From Eledone cirrhosa (lineage: Eukaryota): a stretch of DNA of 64,000 nt. The DNA lies in contig OZ024743.1 in the NCBI GenBank assembly GCA_964016885.1, positions 129,084,001 through 129,148,000 on the forward strand. The letters are read 5' to 3'. The notes under the pieces were generated by a model, which searched no databases, had not been told where the DNA came from, and saw nothing but the letters and a program-made list of their open reading frames with translations. Positions 1 through 14,700 of this stretch are shown here, piece after piece (positions within the stretch are counted from its first letter, which is position 1; each line of letters begins with the position of its first letter). The position numbers and the translations under genes were made by a program.

Positions 1-164
1 AAGCACCAAACACCAAGCACCAATCACCAAACAGCAAGCACCAAGAACCAAACACCAAACACCAAGCACCAAGCACCAAACACCAAGCACCAAGCACCAA
101 ACACCAAGCACCAAGCACCAAACACCAAGCACCAAGCACCAAACACCAAGCACCAAGCACCAAG

Positions 165-3100
165 CATCAAACACCAAGCACCAAACACCAAGCACCAAGC
201 ACCAAGCATCAAACACCAAGCATATAACACCAAACACCAAACACCAAGCACCAAACACCAAACACCAAGCACCAAGCACCAAACACCTAACACCAAGCAC
301 CAAACACCAAGCACCAAACACCAAGCACCAAGCACCAAACACCAAACACCAAGCACCAAACACCAAGCACCAAACACCAAGCACCAAGCACCAAACACCA
401 AGCACCAAGCACCAAACACCAAGAACCAAGCACCAAGCACCAAGTACAAACACCAAGTACAAACACCAAGCACCAAGCACCAAACACCAAGCACCTAGCA
501 CCAAACACCAAACACCAAGCACCAAACACCAAGCACCAATCACCAAGCACCAAACACCAAGCAGCCAGCAGCAAGCACCAAACACCAAGCACCAAGCACC
601 AAAAACCAGACACCAAACACCAAGCACCAAACACCTAACACCAAGCACCAAGCACCAAGTACCAAGCACCAAACACCAAGCACCAAACACCAAACACCAA
701 GCACCAAACACCAAACACCAAGCACCAAGCACCAAACATCAAGCACCAAGCACCAAGCACCAACCACCAAACACCAAGCACCAAGCACCAAGCACCAAGC
801 ACCAAACACCAAGCACCAAACACCAAGCACCAAACACCAAGCACCAAGCACCAAACACCAAGCACCAAACACCAAGCACCAAGCACCAAGCACCAAACAC
901 CAAGCACCAAACACCAAACACCAAACACCAAACAGCAAACAACATACAGCAAACACCAAACACCAAAAAGCAAACACCAAGCACCAAGCACCAAACACCA
1001 AACACCAAACACCAAGCACCAGGCACCAAACACCAAGCACCAAGCACCAAACACCAAGCACCTAGCACCAAACACTAAGCACCAAGCACCAAACACTAAG
1101 CACCAAGCACCAAACACCAAGCACCAAGCACCAAACACCAAGCACCAAGCACCAAACACCAAACACCAAGCACCAAAGACCAAGCAACAAGCACCAAACA
1201 CCAAGCACCCAGCACCAAACACCAAGCACTAAACACCAACCACCCAGCACCAAGCACCAAACACCAAGCATCAAGCACCTAACACCAAACACCAAACACC
1301 AAGCACCAAGCACCAAGCACCAAACACCAAGCACCTAGCACCAAACACCAAACACCAAACACCAAGCACAAAACACCAAGCACCAATCACCAAGCATCAA
1401 ACACCAAGCAGCCAGCACCAAACACCAAGCACCAAGCACCAAACAGCAAGCACCTAGCACCAAACACTAAGCACCAAACACCAAACACCAAGCACAAAAC
1501 ACCAAGCACCAAACACCTAACACCAAGCACCAAACACCAACCACCAAACACCAAGCACCAAGCACCAAACACCAAGCACCAAACACCTAACACCAAGCAC
1601 CAAGCATCAAGTACCAAGCATCAAACACCAAGCACCAAACACCAAACACCAAGCACCAAACACCAAACACCAAGCACCAAGCACCAAACACTTAACACCA
1701 AGCACCAAGCACCAACCACCAAACACCAAGCACCAAGCACCAAGCACCAAACACCAAGCACCAAACACCAAGCACCAAACACCAAGCACCAAGCACCAAG
1801 CACCAAACACCAAGCACCAAGCACCAAGCATCAAACACCAAGCACCAAACACCAAACACCAAGCACCAAGCACCAAGCATCAAACACCAAGCATATAACA
1901 CCAAACACCAAACACCAAGCACCCAGCACCAAACACCAAGAACAAAGCACCAAACACCAAGCACCAAGCACCAAGCAAAAAGCACCAAATACCAAGCACC
2001 AAACACCAAACACCAAGCACCAAACACCAAACACCAAGCACCAAGCACCAAACACCTAACACCAAGCACCAAACACCAACCACCAAACACCAAGCACCAA
2101 GCACCAAGCACCAAGCACCAAACACCAAGCACCAAACACCAAGCACCAAACACCTAACACCAAGCACCAAGCACCAAGTACCAAGCACCAAACACCAAAC
2201 ACCAAACACCAAACACCAAGCACCAAGCACCAAACACCTAACACCAAGCACCAAACACCAACCACCAAACACCAAGCACCAAGCACCAAGCACCAAGCAC
2301 CAAGCACCAAACACCAAGCACCAAACACCAAGCACCAAGCACCAAGCACCAAGTACAAACACCAAACAACAAACACCAAGCACCAAGCACCAAGCATCAA
2401 ACACCAAGCATATAACACCAAACACCAAACACCAAGCACCAAACACCAAACACCAAGCACCAAGCACCAAACACCAAGCACCAAGCACCAAGCATCAAAC
2501 ACCAAGCACCAAACACCAAGCACCAAGCACCAAGCATCAAACACCAAGCATATAACACCAAACACCAAACACCAAGCACCAAACACCAAACACCAAGCAC
2601 CAAGCGCCAAACACCTAACACCAAGCACCAAACACCAAGCACCAAACACCAAGCACCAAACACCAAGCACCAAGCACCAAACACCAAGCACCAAACACCA
2701 AGCACCAAGCACCAAACACCAAGCACCAAGCACCAAACACCAAGAACCAAGCACCAAGCACCAAGTACAAACACCAAGTACAAACACCAAGCACCAAGCA
2801 CCAAACACCAAGCACCTAGCACCAAACACCAAACACCAAGCACCAAACACCAAGCACCAATCACCAAGCACCAAACACCAAGCAGCCAGCAGCAAGCACC
2901 AAACACCAAGCACCAAGCACCAAAAACCAGACACCAAACACCAAGCACCAAACACCTAACACCAAGCACCAAGCACCAAGTACCAAGCACCAAACACCAA
3001 GCACCAAACACCAAACACCAAGCACCAAACACCAAACACCAAGCACCAAGCACCAAACATCAAGCACCAAGCACCAAGCACCAACCACCAAACACCAAGC

Positions 3101-3792
3101 ACCAAGCACCAAGCACCAAACACCAAGCACCAAACACCAAGCACCAAACACCAAGCACCAAGCACCAAACACCAAGCACCAAACACCAAGCACCAAGCAC
3201 CAAGCACCAAACACCAAGCACCAAACACCAAACACCAAACACCAAACAGCAAACAACATACAGCAAACACCAAACACCAAAAAGCAAACACCAAGCACCA
3301 AGCACCAAACACCAAACACCAAACACCAAGCACCAGGCACCAAACACCAAGCACCAAGCACCAAACACCAAGCACCTAGCACCAAACACTAAGCACCAAG
3401 CACCAAACACTAAGCACCAAGCACCAAACACCAAGCACCAAGCACCAAACACCAAGCACCAAGCACCAAACACCAAACACCAAGCACCAAAGACCAAGCA
3501 ACAAGCACCAAACACCAAGCACCCAGCACCAAACACCAAGCACTAAACACCAACCACCCAGCACCAAGCACCAAACACCAAGCATCAAGCACCTAACACC
3601 AAACACCAAACACCAAGCACCAAGCACCAAGCACCAAACACCAAGCACCTAGCACCAAACACCAAACACCAAACACCAAGCACAAAACACCAAGCACCAA
3701 TCACCAAGCATCAAACACCAAGCAGCCAGCACCAAACACCAAGCACCAAGCACCAAACAGCAAGCACCTAGCACCAAACACTAAGCACCAAG
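165..3792 (+). repeat. Duplicated block of about 1.3 kb (~165-1478 and ~2490-3792)
   Basis: The same order of variant units recurs at offsets 2328, 2321 and 2314. Examples: ORFs 540/2861, 635/2956, 1062/3376, 1096/3410, and the double TACAAA unit at 445/458 versus 2766/2779. Confidence 0.85.
492..666 (+). repeat. 25-unit (175 bp) landmark cassette CACCTAG..CACCAAT..CAGCCAG CAGCAAG..AACCAGA..CACCTAA..TACCAAG, first of about 30 copies
   Basis: The core GCAGCCAGCAGCAA is seen near 561, 2882, 4617, 5581, 5972, 8781, 10640, 11031, 13338, 13729, 16036, 16427, 19041, 21348, 21739, 24696, 25087, 27736, 30756, 33350, 35217, 37916, 40292, 42494, 44102, 46500, 48701, 51072 and 61050, with variants near 9172, 53087 and 57827. 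Confidence 0.9.
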
Positions 3793-5439
3793 CACCAAAC
3801 ACTAAGCCCCAAACACCAAACACCAAGCACCAAGCACCAAAAACCAAACACCAAGCACCAAGCACCAAACACCTAACACCAAGCACCAAGCACCAAGTAC
3901 CAAGCACCAAACACCAAGCACCAAACACCAAGCACCAAACACCAAGCACCAAACACCAAACACCAAGCACCAAACACCTAACACCAAACACCAAGCACCA
4001 AACACCAAGCACCAAACACCAAACACCAAGCACCAAGCACCAAACACCTAACACCAAGCACAAAACACCAAGCACTAAGCACCAAGCACCAAGCACCAAA
4101 CACCAAGCACCAAACACCAAGCACCAAACACCAAACACCAAGCACCAAGCACCAAACACCAAGAACCAAGCACCAAGCACCAAGTACAAACACCAAGCAC
4201 CAAGCACCAAACACCAAGCACCAAGCACCAAGCATCAAACACCAAGCACCAAACACCAAGCACCAAGCACCAAGCATCAAACACCAAGCATATAACACCA
4301 AACACCAAACGCCAAGCACCAAACACCAAACACCAAGCACCAAGCACCAAACACCTAACACCAAGCACCAAACACCAAGCACCAAACACCAAGCACCAAG
4401 CACCAAACACCAAACACCAAGCACCAAACACCAAGCACCAAACACCAAGCACCAAGCACCAAACACCAAGCACCAAGCACCAAACACCAAGAACCAAGCA
4501 CCAAGCACCAAGTACAAACACCAAGCACCAAGCACCAAACACCAAGCACCTAGCACCAAACACCAAACACCAAGCACCAAACACCAAGCACCAATCACCA
4601 AGCACCAAACACCAAGCAGCCAGCAGCAAGCACCAAACACCAAGCACCAAGCACCAAAAACCAGACACCAAACACCTAGCACCAAACACCTAACACCAAG
4701 CACCAAGCACCAAGTACCAAGCACCAAACACCAAGCACCAAACACCACACACCAAGCACCAAACAGCAAACACCAAGCACCAAGCACCAAACACCTAACA
4801 CCAAGCACCAAGCACCAACCACCAAACACCAAGCACCAAGCACCAAGCACCAAGCACCAAACACCAAGCACCAAACACCAAGCACCAAACACCAAGCACC
4901 AAGCACCAAACACCAAGCACCAAGCACCAAACACCAAGCACCAAGCACCAAGCATCAAACACCAAGCACCAAACACCAAACACCAAGCACCAAGCACCAA
5001 GCATCAAACACCAAGCATATAACACCAAACACCAAACACCAAGCACCCAGCACCAAACACCAAGCACCAAGCACCAAACACCAAGCACCAAGCACCAAGC
5101 AAAAAGCACCAAACACCAAGCACCAAACACCAAACACCAAGCACCAAACACCAAACACCAAGCACCAAGCACCAAACACCTAACACCAAGCACCAAACAC
5201 CAACCACCAAACACCAAGCACCAAGCACCAAGCACCAAGCACCAAACACCAAGCACCAAACACCAAGCACCAAACACCTAACACCAAGAACCAAGCACCA
5301 AACACCAAGTACCAAACACCAAGAACCAAGAACCGAACACCAAGCACCAAGCACCAAGTACAAACACCAAGCACCAAGCACCAAGCACCAAACACCAAGA
5401 ACCAAGCACCAAACACAAAACACCAAGCACCAAGCACCA

Positions 5440-8400
5440 AGCATCAAACACCAAGCACCAAACACAAAACACCAAGCACCAAGCACCAAACACCAAACTC
5501 CAAGCACCAAGCACCTAGCACCAAACACCAAACACCAAGCACCAAACACCAAGCACCAATCACCAAGCACCAAACACCAAGCAGCCAGCAGCAAGCACCA
5601 AACACCAAGCACCAAGCACCAAAAACCAGACACCAAACACCAAGCACCAAACACCTAACACCAAGCACCAAGCACCAAGTACCAAGCACCAAACACCAAG
5701 CACCAAACACCTAACACCAAGCACCAAACACCAAGCACCAAACACCAAGCACCAAGAACCAAGCACCAAACACCAAGCACCAAACACCAAGCACCAAACA
5801 CCAAGCACCAAGCAGCAAACACCAAGCACCAAGCACCAAACACCAAGAACCAAGCACCAAGCACCAAGTACAAACACCAAGCACCAAGCACCAAACACCA
5901 AGCACCTAGCACCAAACACCAAACACCAAGCACCAAACACCAAGCACCAATCACCAAGCACCAAACACCAAGCAGCCAGCAGCAAGCACCAAACACCAAG
6001 CACCAAGCACCAAAAACCAGACACCAAACACCAAGCACCAAACACCTAATACCAAGCACCAAGCACCAAGTACCAAGCACCAAACACCAAGCACCAAACA
6101 CCAAACACCAAGCACCAAACACCAAACACCAAGCACCAAGCACCAAACACCTAACACCAAGCACCAAGCACCAACCACCAAACACCAAGCACCAAGCACC
6201 AAGCACCAAGCACCAAACATCAGGCACCAAACACCAAGCACCAAACACCAAGCACCAAGCACCAAACACCAAGCACCAAGCACCAAACACCAAGCACCAA
6301 GCACCAAGCATCAAACACCAAGCACCAAACACCAAACACCAAGCACCAAGCACCAAGCATCAAACACCAAGCATATAACACCAAACACCAAACACCAAGC
6401 ACCCAGCACCCAACACCAAGCACCAAGCACCAAACACCAAGCACCAAGCACCAAGCCAAAAGCACCAAACACCAAGCACCAAACACCAAACACCAAGCAC
6501 CAAACACCAAACACCAAGTACCAAGCACCAAACACCTAACACCAAGCACTAAACACCAACCACCAAACACCAAGCACCAAGCACCAAGCACCAAGCACCA
6601 AACACCAAGCACCAAACACCAAGCACCAAACACCTAACACCAAGCACCAAGCACCAAGTACCAAGCACCAAACACCAAGCACCAAACACCAAACACCAAG
6701 CACCAAACACCAAACACCAAGCACCAAGCACCAAACACCTAACACCAAGCACCAAACACTAACCACCAAACACCAAGCACCAAGCACCAAGCACCAAGCA
6801 CCAACCACCAAACACCAAGCACCAAATACCAAGCACCAAGCACCAAGCACCAAGTACAAACACCAAACACCAAACACCAAGCACAAAGCACCAAGCATCA
6901 AACACCAAGCATATAACACCAAACACCAAGCACCAAGCACCAAACACCAAACACCAAGCACCAAGCACCAAACACCAAGCACCAAAGACCAAACACCAAA
7001 CAGCAAACACCAAACACCATACAGCAAACACTAAACACCAAAAAGCAGACAGCAAACACCAAACACCAAGCACCAAACACCAAGGACCAAGCACCAAACA
7101 CCTAACACCAAGCACCAAGCACCAAGCACCAAACACCAACCACCAAACACCAAACATCAAGCACCAAGCACCAAGCACCAAGTACCAAACACCAAGAACC
7201 AAGAACCAAACACCAAGCACCAAGCACCAAGTACAAACACCAAGCACCAAGCACCAAGCACCAAACACCAAGAACCAAGCACCAAACACAAAACACCAAG
7301 CACCAAGCACCAAACACCAAACTCCAAGCACCAAGCACCAAACACGAAACACCAAGCACCAAGCACCAAGCACCAGGCACCAAACACCAAGCACCAAGCA
7401 CCAAACACCAATCGCCAAACACCAAACACCAAGAACCAAGAACCAAACACCAAGCACCAAGCACCAAGTACAAACACCAAGCACCAAGCACCAAACACCA
7501 AGCACCAAACACAAAACACCAAGCACCAAGCATCAAACACCAAGCAGCAAACACCAAACACCAAGCACCAAGCACCAAGCACCAAACACAAAGCACCCAG
7601 CACCAAACACCAAGGACCAAGCACCAAGCACCAAGCACCAAAAACCAAACACGAAACACAAAACACCAAGCACCAAGCACCAAACACAAAACTCCAAGCA
7701 CCAAGCACCAAACACCAAACACCAAGCACCAAGCACCAAGCACCAGGAACCAAACACCAAGCACCAAGCACCAAACACCAAGCAACAAGCACCAAACACC
7801 AAGCACCAAGCACCAAACACCAAGCACCTAGCACCAAACACTAAGCACCAAACAGCAAACAACATACAGCAAACACCAAACACCAAACAGCAAACAACAT
7901 ACAGCAAACACCAAACACCAAAAAGCAAACACCAAACACCAAACAGCTAACACCAAACAACAAAGACCAAACACCAAACACCAAACAGCAAACAGCAAAC
8001 ACCAAACACCAAGCACCAAGCACCAAACACCAAACACCAAACACAAAGCACCAGGCACCAAACACCAAGCACCAAGCACCAAACACCAAGCACCTAGCAC
8101 CAAACACTAAGCACCAAGCACCAAACACTAAACACCAAGCACCAAACACCAAGCACCAAGCACCAAACACCAAACACCAAGCACCAAACACCAAGCACCC
8201 AGCACCAAACACCAAGCACTAAACACCAACCACACAGCACCAAGCACCTAATACCAAGCACCAAGCACCAAACACCAAGCACCAAACACCAAGCACCAAA
8301 CACCAAACACCAAGCACCAAGCACCAAACACCAAGAACCAAGCACCAAGCACCAAGTACAAACACCAAGCACCAAGCACCAAACACCAAGCACCAAGCAC

Positions 8401-11400
8401 CAAGACTCAAACACCAAGCACCAAACACTAAGCACCAAGCACCAAGCATCAAACACCAAGCATATAACACCAAACACCAAACACCAAGCACCAAACACCA
8501 AACACCAAGCACCAAGCACCAAACACCTAACACCAAGCACCAAACACCAAGCACCAAACTCCAAGCACCAAGCACCAAACACCAAGCACCAAACACCAAG
8601 CACCAAACACCAAGCACCAAGCACCAAACACCAAGCACCAAGCACCAAACACCAAGAACCAAGCACCAAGCACCAAGTACAAACACCAAGCACCAAGCAC
8701 CAAACACCAAGCACCTAGCACCAAACACCAAACACCAAGCACCAAACACCAAGCACCAATCACCAAGCACCAAACACCAAGCAGCCAGCAGCAAGCACCA
8801 AACACCAAGCACCAAGCACCAAAAATCAGACACCAAACACCAAGCACCAAACACCTAATACCAAGCACCAAGCACCAAGTACCAAGCACCAAACACCAAG
8901 CACCAAACACCTAACACCAAGCACCAAACACCAAGCACCAAACACCAAGCACCAAGAACCAAGCACCAAACACCAAGCACCAAACACCAAGCACCAAACA
9001 CCAAACACCAAGCACCAAACACCAAGCACCAAGCACCAAACACCAAGAACCAAGCACCAAGCACCAAGTACAAACACCAAGCACCAAGCACCAAACACCA
9101 AGCACCTAGCACCAAACACCAAACACCAAGCACCAAACACCAAGCACCAATCACCAAGCACCAAACACCAAGAAGCCAGCAGCAAGCACCAAACACCAAG
9201 CACCAAGCACCAAAAACCAGACACCAAACACCAAACACCTAACACCAAGCACCAAGCACCAAGTACCAAGCACCAAACACCAAGCACCAAACACCAAACA
9301 CCAAGCACCAAACACCAAACACCAAGCACCAAGCACCAAACACCTAACACCAAGCACCAAGCACCAACCACCAAACACCAAGCACCAAGCACCAAGCACC
9401 AAGCACCAAACATCAAGCACCAAACACCAAGCACCAAACACCAAGCACCAAGCACCAAACACCAAGCACCAAGCACCAAACACCAAGCACCAAGCACCAA
9501 GCATCAAACACCAAGCACCAAACACCAAACACCAAGCACCAAGCACCAAGCATCAAACACCAAGCATATAACACCAAACACCAAACACCAAGCACCCAGC
9601 ACCAAACACCAAGCACCAAGCACCAAACACCAAGCACCAAGCACCAAGCAAAAAGCACCAAACACCAAGCACCAAACACCAAACACCAAGCACCAAACAC
9701 CAAACACCAAGCACCAAGCACCAAACACCTAACACCAAGCACTAAACACCAACCACCAAACACCAAGCACCAAGCACCAAGCACCAAGCACCAAACACCA
9801 AGCACCAAACACCAAGCACCAAACACCTAACACCAAGCACCAAGCACCAAGTACCAAGCACCAAACACCAAGCACCAAACACCAAACACCAAGCACCAAA
9901 CACCAAGCACCAAGCACCAAACACCTAACACCAAGCACCAAACACCAACCACCAAACACCAAGCACCAAGCACCAAGCACCAAGCACCAAGCACCAAACA
10001 CCAAGCACCAAACACCAAGCACCAAGCACCAAGCACCAAGTACAAACACCAAACACCAAACACCAAGCACAAAGCACCAAGCATCAAACACCAAGCATAT
10101 AACACCAAACACCAAGCACCAAGCACCAAACACCAAACACCAAGCACCAAGCACCAAACACCAAGCACCAAAGACCAAACACCAAACAGCAAACACCAAA
10201 CACCATACAGCAAACACTAAACACCAAAAATCAGACAGCAAACACCAAACACCAAGCACCAAACACCAAGGACCAAGCACCAAACACCTAACACCAAGCA
10301 CAAAGCACCAAGCACCAAACACCAACCACCAAACACCAAACATCAAGCACCAAGCACCAAGCACCAAGTACCAAACACCAAGAACCAAGAACCAAACACC
10401 AAGCACCAAGCCCCAAGTACAAACACCAAGCACCAAGCACCAAGCACCAAACACCAAGAACCAAGCACCAAACACAAAACACCAAGCACCAAGCACCAAG
10501 CATCAAACACCAAGCACCAAACACAAAACACCAAGCACCAAGCACCAAACACCAAACTCCAAGCACCAAGCACCTAGCACCAAACACCAAACACCAAGCA
10601 CCAAACACCAAGCACCAATCACCAAGCACCAAACACCAAGCAGCCAGCAGCAAGCACCAAACACCAAGCACCAAGCACCAAAAACCAGACACCAAACACC
10701 AAGCACCAAACACCTAACACCAAGCACCAAGCACCAAGTACCAAGCACCAAACACCAAGCACCAAACACCTAACACCAAGCACCAAACACCAAGCACCAA
10801 ACACCAAGCACCAAGAACCAAGCACCAAACACCAAGCACCAAACACCAAGCACCAAACACCAAGCACCAAGCACCAAACACCAAGCACCAAGCACCAAAC
10901 ACCAAGAACCAAGCACCAAGCACCAAGTACAAACACCAAGCACCAAACACCAAACACCAAGCACCTAGCACCAAACACCAAACACCAAGCACCAAACACC
11001 AAGCACCAATCACCAAGCACCAAACACCAAGCAGCCAGCAGCAAGCACCAAACACCAAGCACCAAGCACCAAAAACCAGACACCAAACACCAAGCACCAA
11101 ACACCTAATACCAAGCACCAAGCACCAAGTACCAAGCACCAAACACCAAGCACCAAACACCAAACACCAAGCACCAAACACCAAACACCAAGCACCAAGC
11201 ACCAAACACCTAACACCAAGCACCAAGCACCAACCACCAAACACCAAGCACCAAGCACCAAGCACCAAGCACCAAACATCAGGCACCAAACACCAAGCAC
11301 CCAACACCAAGCACCAAGCACCAAACACCAAGCACCAAGCACCAAACACCAAGCACCAAGCACCAAGCATCAAACACCAAGCACCAAACACCAAACACCA

Positions 11401-11740
11401 AGCACCAAGCACCAAGCATCAAACACCAAGCATATAACACCAAACACCAAACACCAAGCACCCAGCACCCAACACCAAGCACCAAGCACCAAACACCAAG
11501 CACCAAGCACCAAGCAAAAAGCACCAAACACCAAGCACCAAACACCAAACACCAAGCACCAAACACCAAACACCAAGCACCAAGCACCAAACACCTAACA
11601 CCAAGCACTAAACACCAACCACCAAACACCAAGCACCAAGCACCAAGCACCAAGCACCAAACACCAAGCACCAAACACCAAGCACCAAACACCTAACACC
11701 AAGCACCAAGCACCAAGTACCAAGCACCAAACACCAAGCA
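5440..11740 (+). repeat. Paralogous blocks of about 1.2 kb (~5.5-6.7 kb, ~8.7-9.9 kb, ~10.5-11.7 kb)
   Basis: ORF offsets 5655/8855/10714, 5711/8911/10770, 6220/9413/11279 and 6536/9729/11595 give offsets of 3193-3200 and 5059. Confidence 0.8.
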
Positions 11741-14700
11741 CCAAACACCAGAACACCAAGCACCAAACACCAAACACCAAGCACCAAGCACCAAACACCT
11801 AACACCAAGCACCAAGCACCAAGCACCAAGCACCAAGCACCAAACACCAAGCACCAAACACCAAGCACCAAGCACCAAGTACAAACACCAAACACCAAAC
11901 ACCAAGCACAAAGCACCAAGCATCAAACACCAAGCATATAACACCAAACACCAAGCACCAAGCACCAAACACCAAACACCAAGCACCAAGCACCAAACAC
12001 CAAGCACCAAAGACCAAACACCAAACAGCAAACACCAAACACCATACAGCAAACACTAAACACCAAAAAGCAGACAGCAAACACCAAACACCAAGCACCA
12101 AACACCAAGGACCAAGCACCAAACACCTAACACCAAGCACCAAGCACCAAGCACCAAACACCAACCACCAAACACCAAACATCAAGCATCAAGCACCAAG
12201 CACCAAGTACCAAATACCAAGAACCAAGAACCAAACACCAAGAACCAAGCACCAAGTACAAACACCAAGCACCAAGCACCAAGCACCAAACACCAAGAAC
12301 CAAGCACCAAACACAAAACACCAAGCACCAAGCACCAAGCATCAAACACCAAGCACCAAACACAAAACACCAAGCACCAAGCACCAAACACCAAACACCA
12401 AGCACCAAGCACCAAACACCTAACACCAAGCACTAAACACCAACCACCAAACACCAAGCACCAAGCACCAAGCACCAAGCACCAAACACCAAGCACCAAA
12501 CACCAAGCACCAAACACCTAACACCAAGCACCAAGCACCAAGTACCAAGCACCAAACACCAAGCACCAAACACCAAACACCAAGCACCAAACACCAAACA
12601 CCAAGCACCAAGCACCAAACACCTAACACCAAGCACCAAACACCAACCACCAAACACCAAGCACCAAGCACCAAGCACCAAGCACCAAGCACCAAACACC
12701 AAGCACCAAACACCAAGCACCAAGCACCAAGCACCAAGTACAAACACCAAACACCAAACACCAAGCACAAAGCACCAAGCATCAAACACCAAGCATATAA
12801 CACCAAACACCAAGCACCAAGCACCAAACACCAAACACCAAGCACCAAGCACCAAACACCAAGCACCAAAGACCAAACACCAAACAGCAAACACCAAACA
12901 CCATACAGCAAACACTAAACACCAAAAAGCAGACAGCAAACACCAAACACCAAGCACCAAACACCAAGGACCAAGCACCAAACACCTAACACCAAGCACA
13001 AAGCACCAAGCACCAAACACCAACCACCAAACACCAAACATCAAGCACCAAGCACCAAGCACCAAGTACCAAACACCAAGAACCAAGAACCAAACACCAA
13101 GCACCAAGCCCCAAGTACAAACACCAAGCACCAAGCACCAAGCACCAAACACCAAGAACCAAGCACCAAACACAAAACACCAAGCACCAAGCACCAAGCA
13201 TCAAACACCAAGCACCAAACACAAAACACCAAGCACCAAGCACCAAACACCAAACTCCAAGCACCAAGCACCTAGCACCAAACACCAAACACCAAGCACC
13301 AAACACCAAGCACCAATCACCAAGCACCAAACACCAAGCAGCCAGCAGCAAGCACCAAACACCAAGCACCAAGCACCAAAAACCAGACACCAAACACCAA
13401 GCACCAAACACCTAACACCAAGCACCAAGCACCAAGTACCAAGCACCAAACACCAAGCACCAAACACCTAACACCAAGCACCAAACACCAAGCACCAAAC
13501 ACCAAGCACCAAGAACCAAGCACCAAACACCAAGCACCAAACACCAAGCACCAAACACCAAGCACCAAGCACCAAACACCAAGCACCAAGCACCAAACAC
13601 CAAGAACCAAGCACCAAGCACCAAGTACAAACACCAAGCACCAAGCACCAAACACCAAGCACCTAGCACCAAACACCAAACACCAAGCACCAAACACCAA
13701 GCACCAATCACCAAGCACCAAACACCAAGCAGCCAGCAGCAAGCACCAAACACCAAGCACCAAGCACCAAAAACCAGACACCAAACACCAAGCACCAAAC
13801 ACCTAATACCAAGCACCAAGCACCAAGTACCAAGCACCAAACACCAAGCACCAAACACCAAACACCAAGCACCAAACACCAAACACCAAGCACCAAGCAC
13901 CAAACACCTAACACCAAGCACCAAGCACCAACCACCAAACACCAAGCACCAAGCACCAAGCACCAAGCACCAAACATCAGGCACCAAACACCAAGCACCC
14001 AACACCAAGCACCAAGCACCAAACACCAAGCACCAAGCACCAAACACCAAGCACCAAGCACCAAGCATCAAACACCAAGCACCAAACACCAAACACCAAG
14101 CACCAAGCACCAAGCATCAAACACCAAGCATATAACACCAAACACCAAACACCAAGCACCCAGCACCCAACACCAAGCACCAAGCACCAAACACCAAGCA
14201 CCAAGCACCAAGCAAAAAGCACCAAACACCAAGCACCAAACACCAAACACCAAGCACCAAACACCAAACACCAAGCACCAAGCACCAAACACCTAACACC
14301 AAGCACTAAACACCAACCACCAAACACCAAGCACCAAGCACCAAGCACCAAGCACCAAACACCAAGCACCAAACACCAAGCACCAAACACCTAACACCAA
14401 GCACCAAGCACCAAGTACCAAGCACCAAACACCAAGCACCAAACACCAGAACACCAAGCACCAAACACCAAACACCAAGCACCAAGCACCAAACACCTAA
14501 CACCAAGCACCAAGCACCAAGCACCAAGCACCAAGCACCAAACACCAAGCACCAAACACCAAGCACCAAGCACCAAGTACAAACACCAAACACCAAACAC
14601 CAAGCACAAAGCACCAAGCATCAAACACCAAGCATATAACACCAAACACCAAGCACCAAGCACCAAACACCAAACACCAAGCACCAAGCACCAAACACCA

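Noticed and set aside
221-227. CATATAA and TATAAA units resembling TATA or -10 boxes
   Set aside because: They are mutated repeat units propagated by duplication, with no downstream gene or other promoter context.
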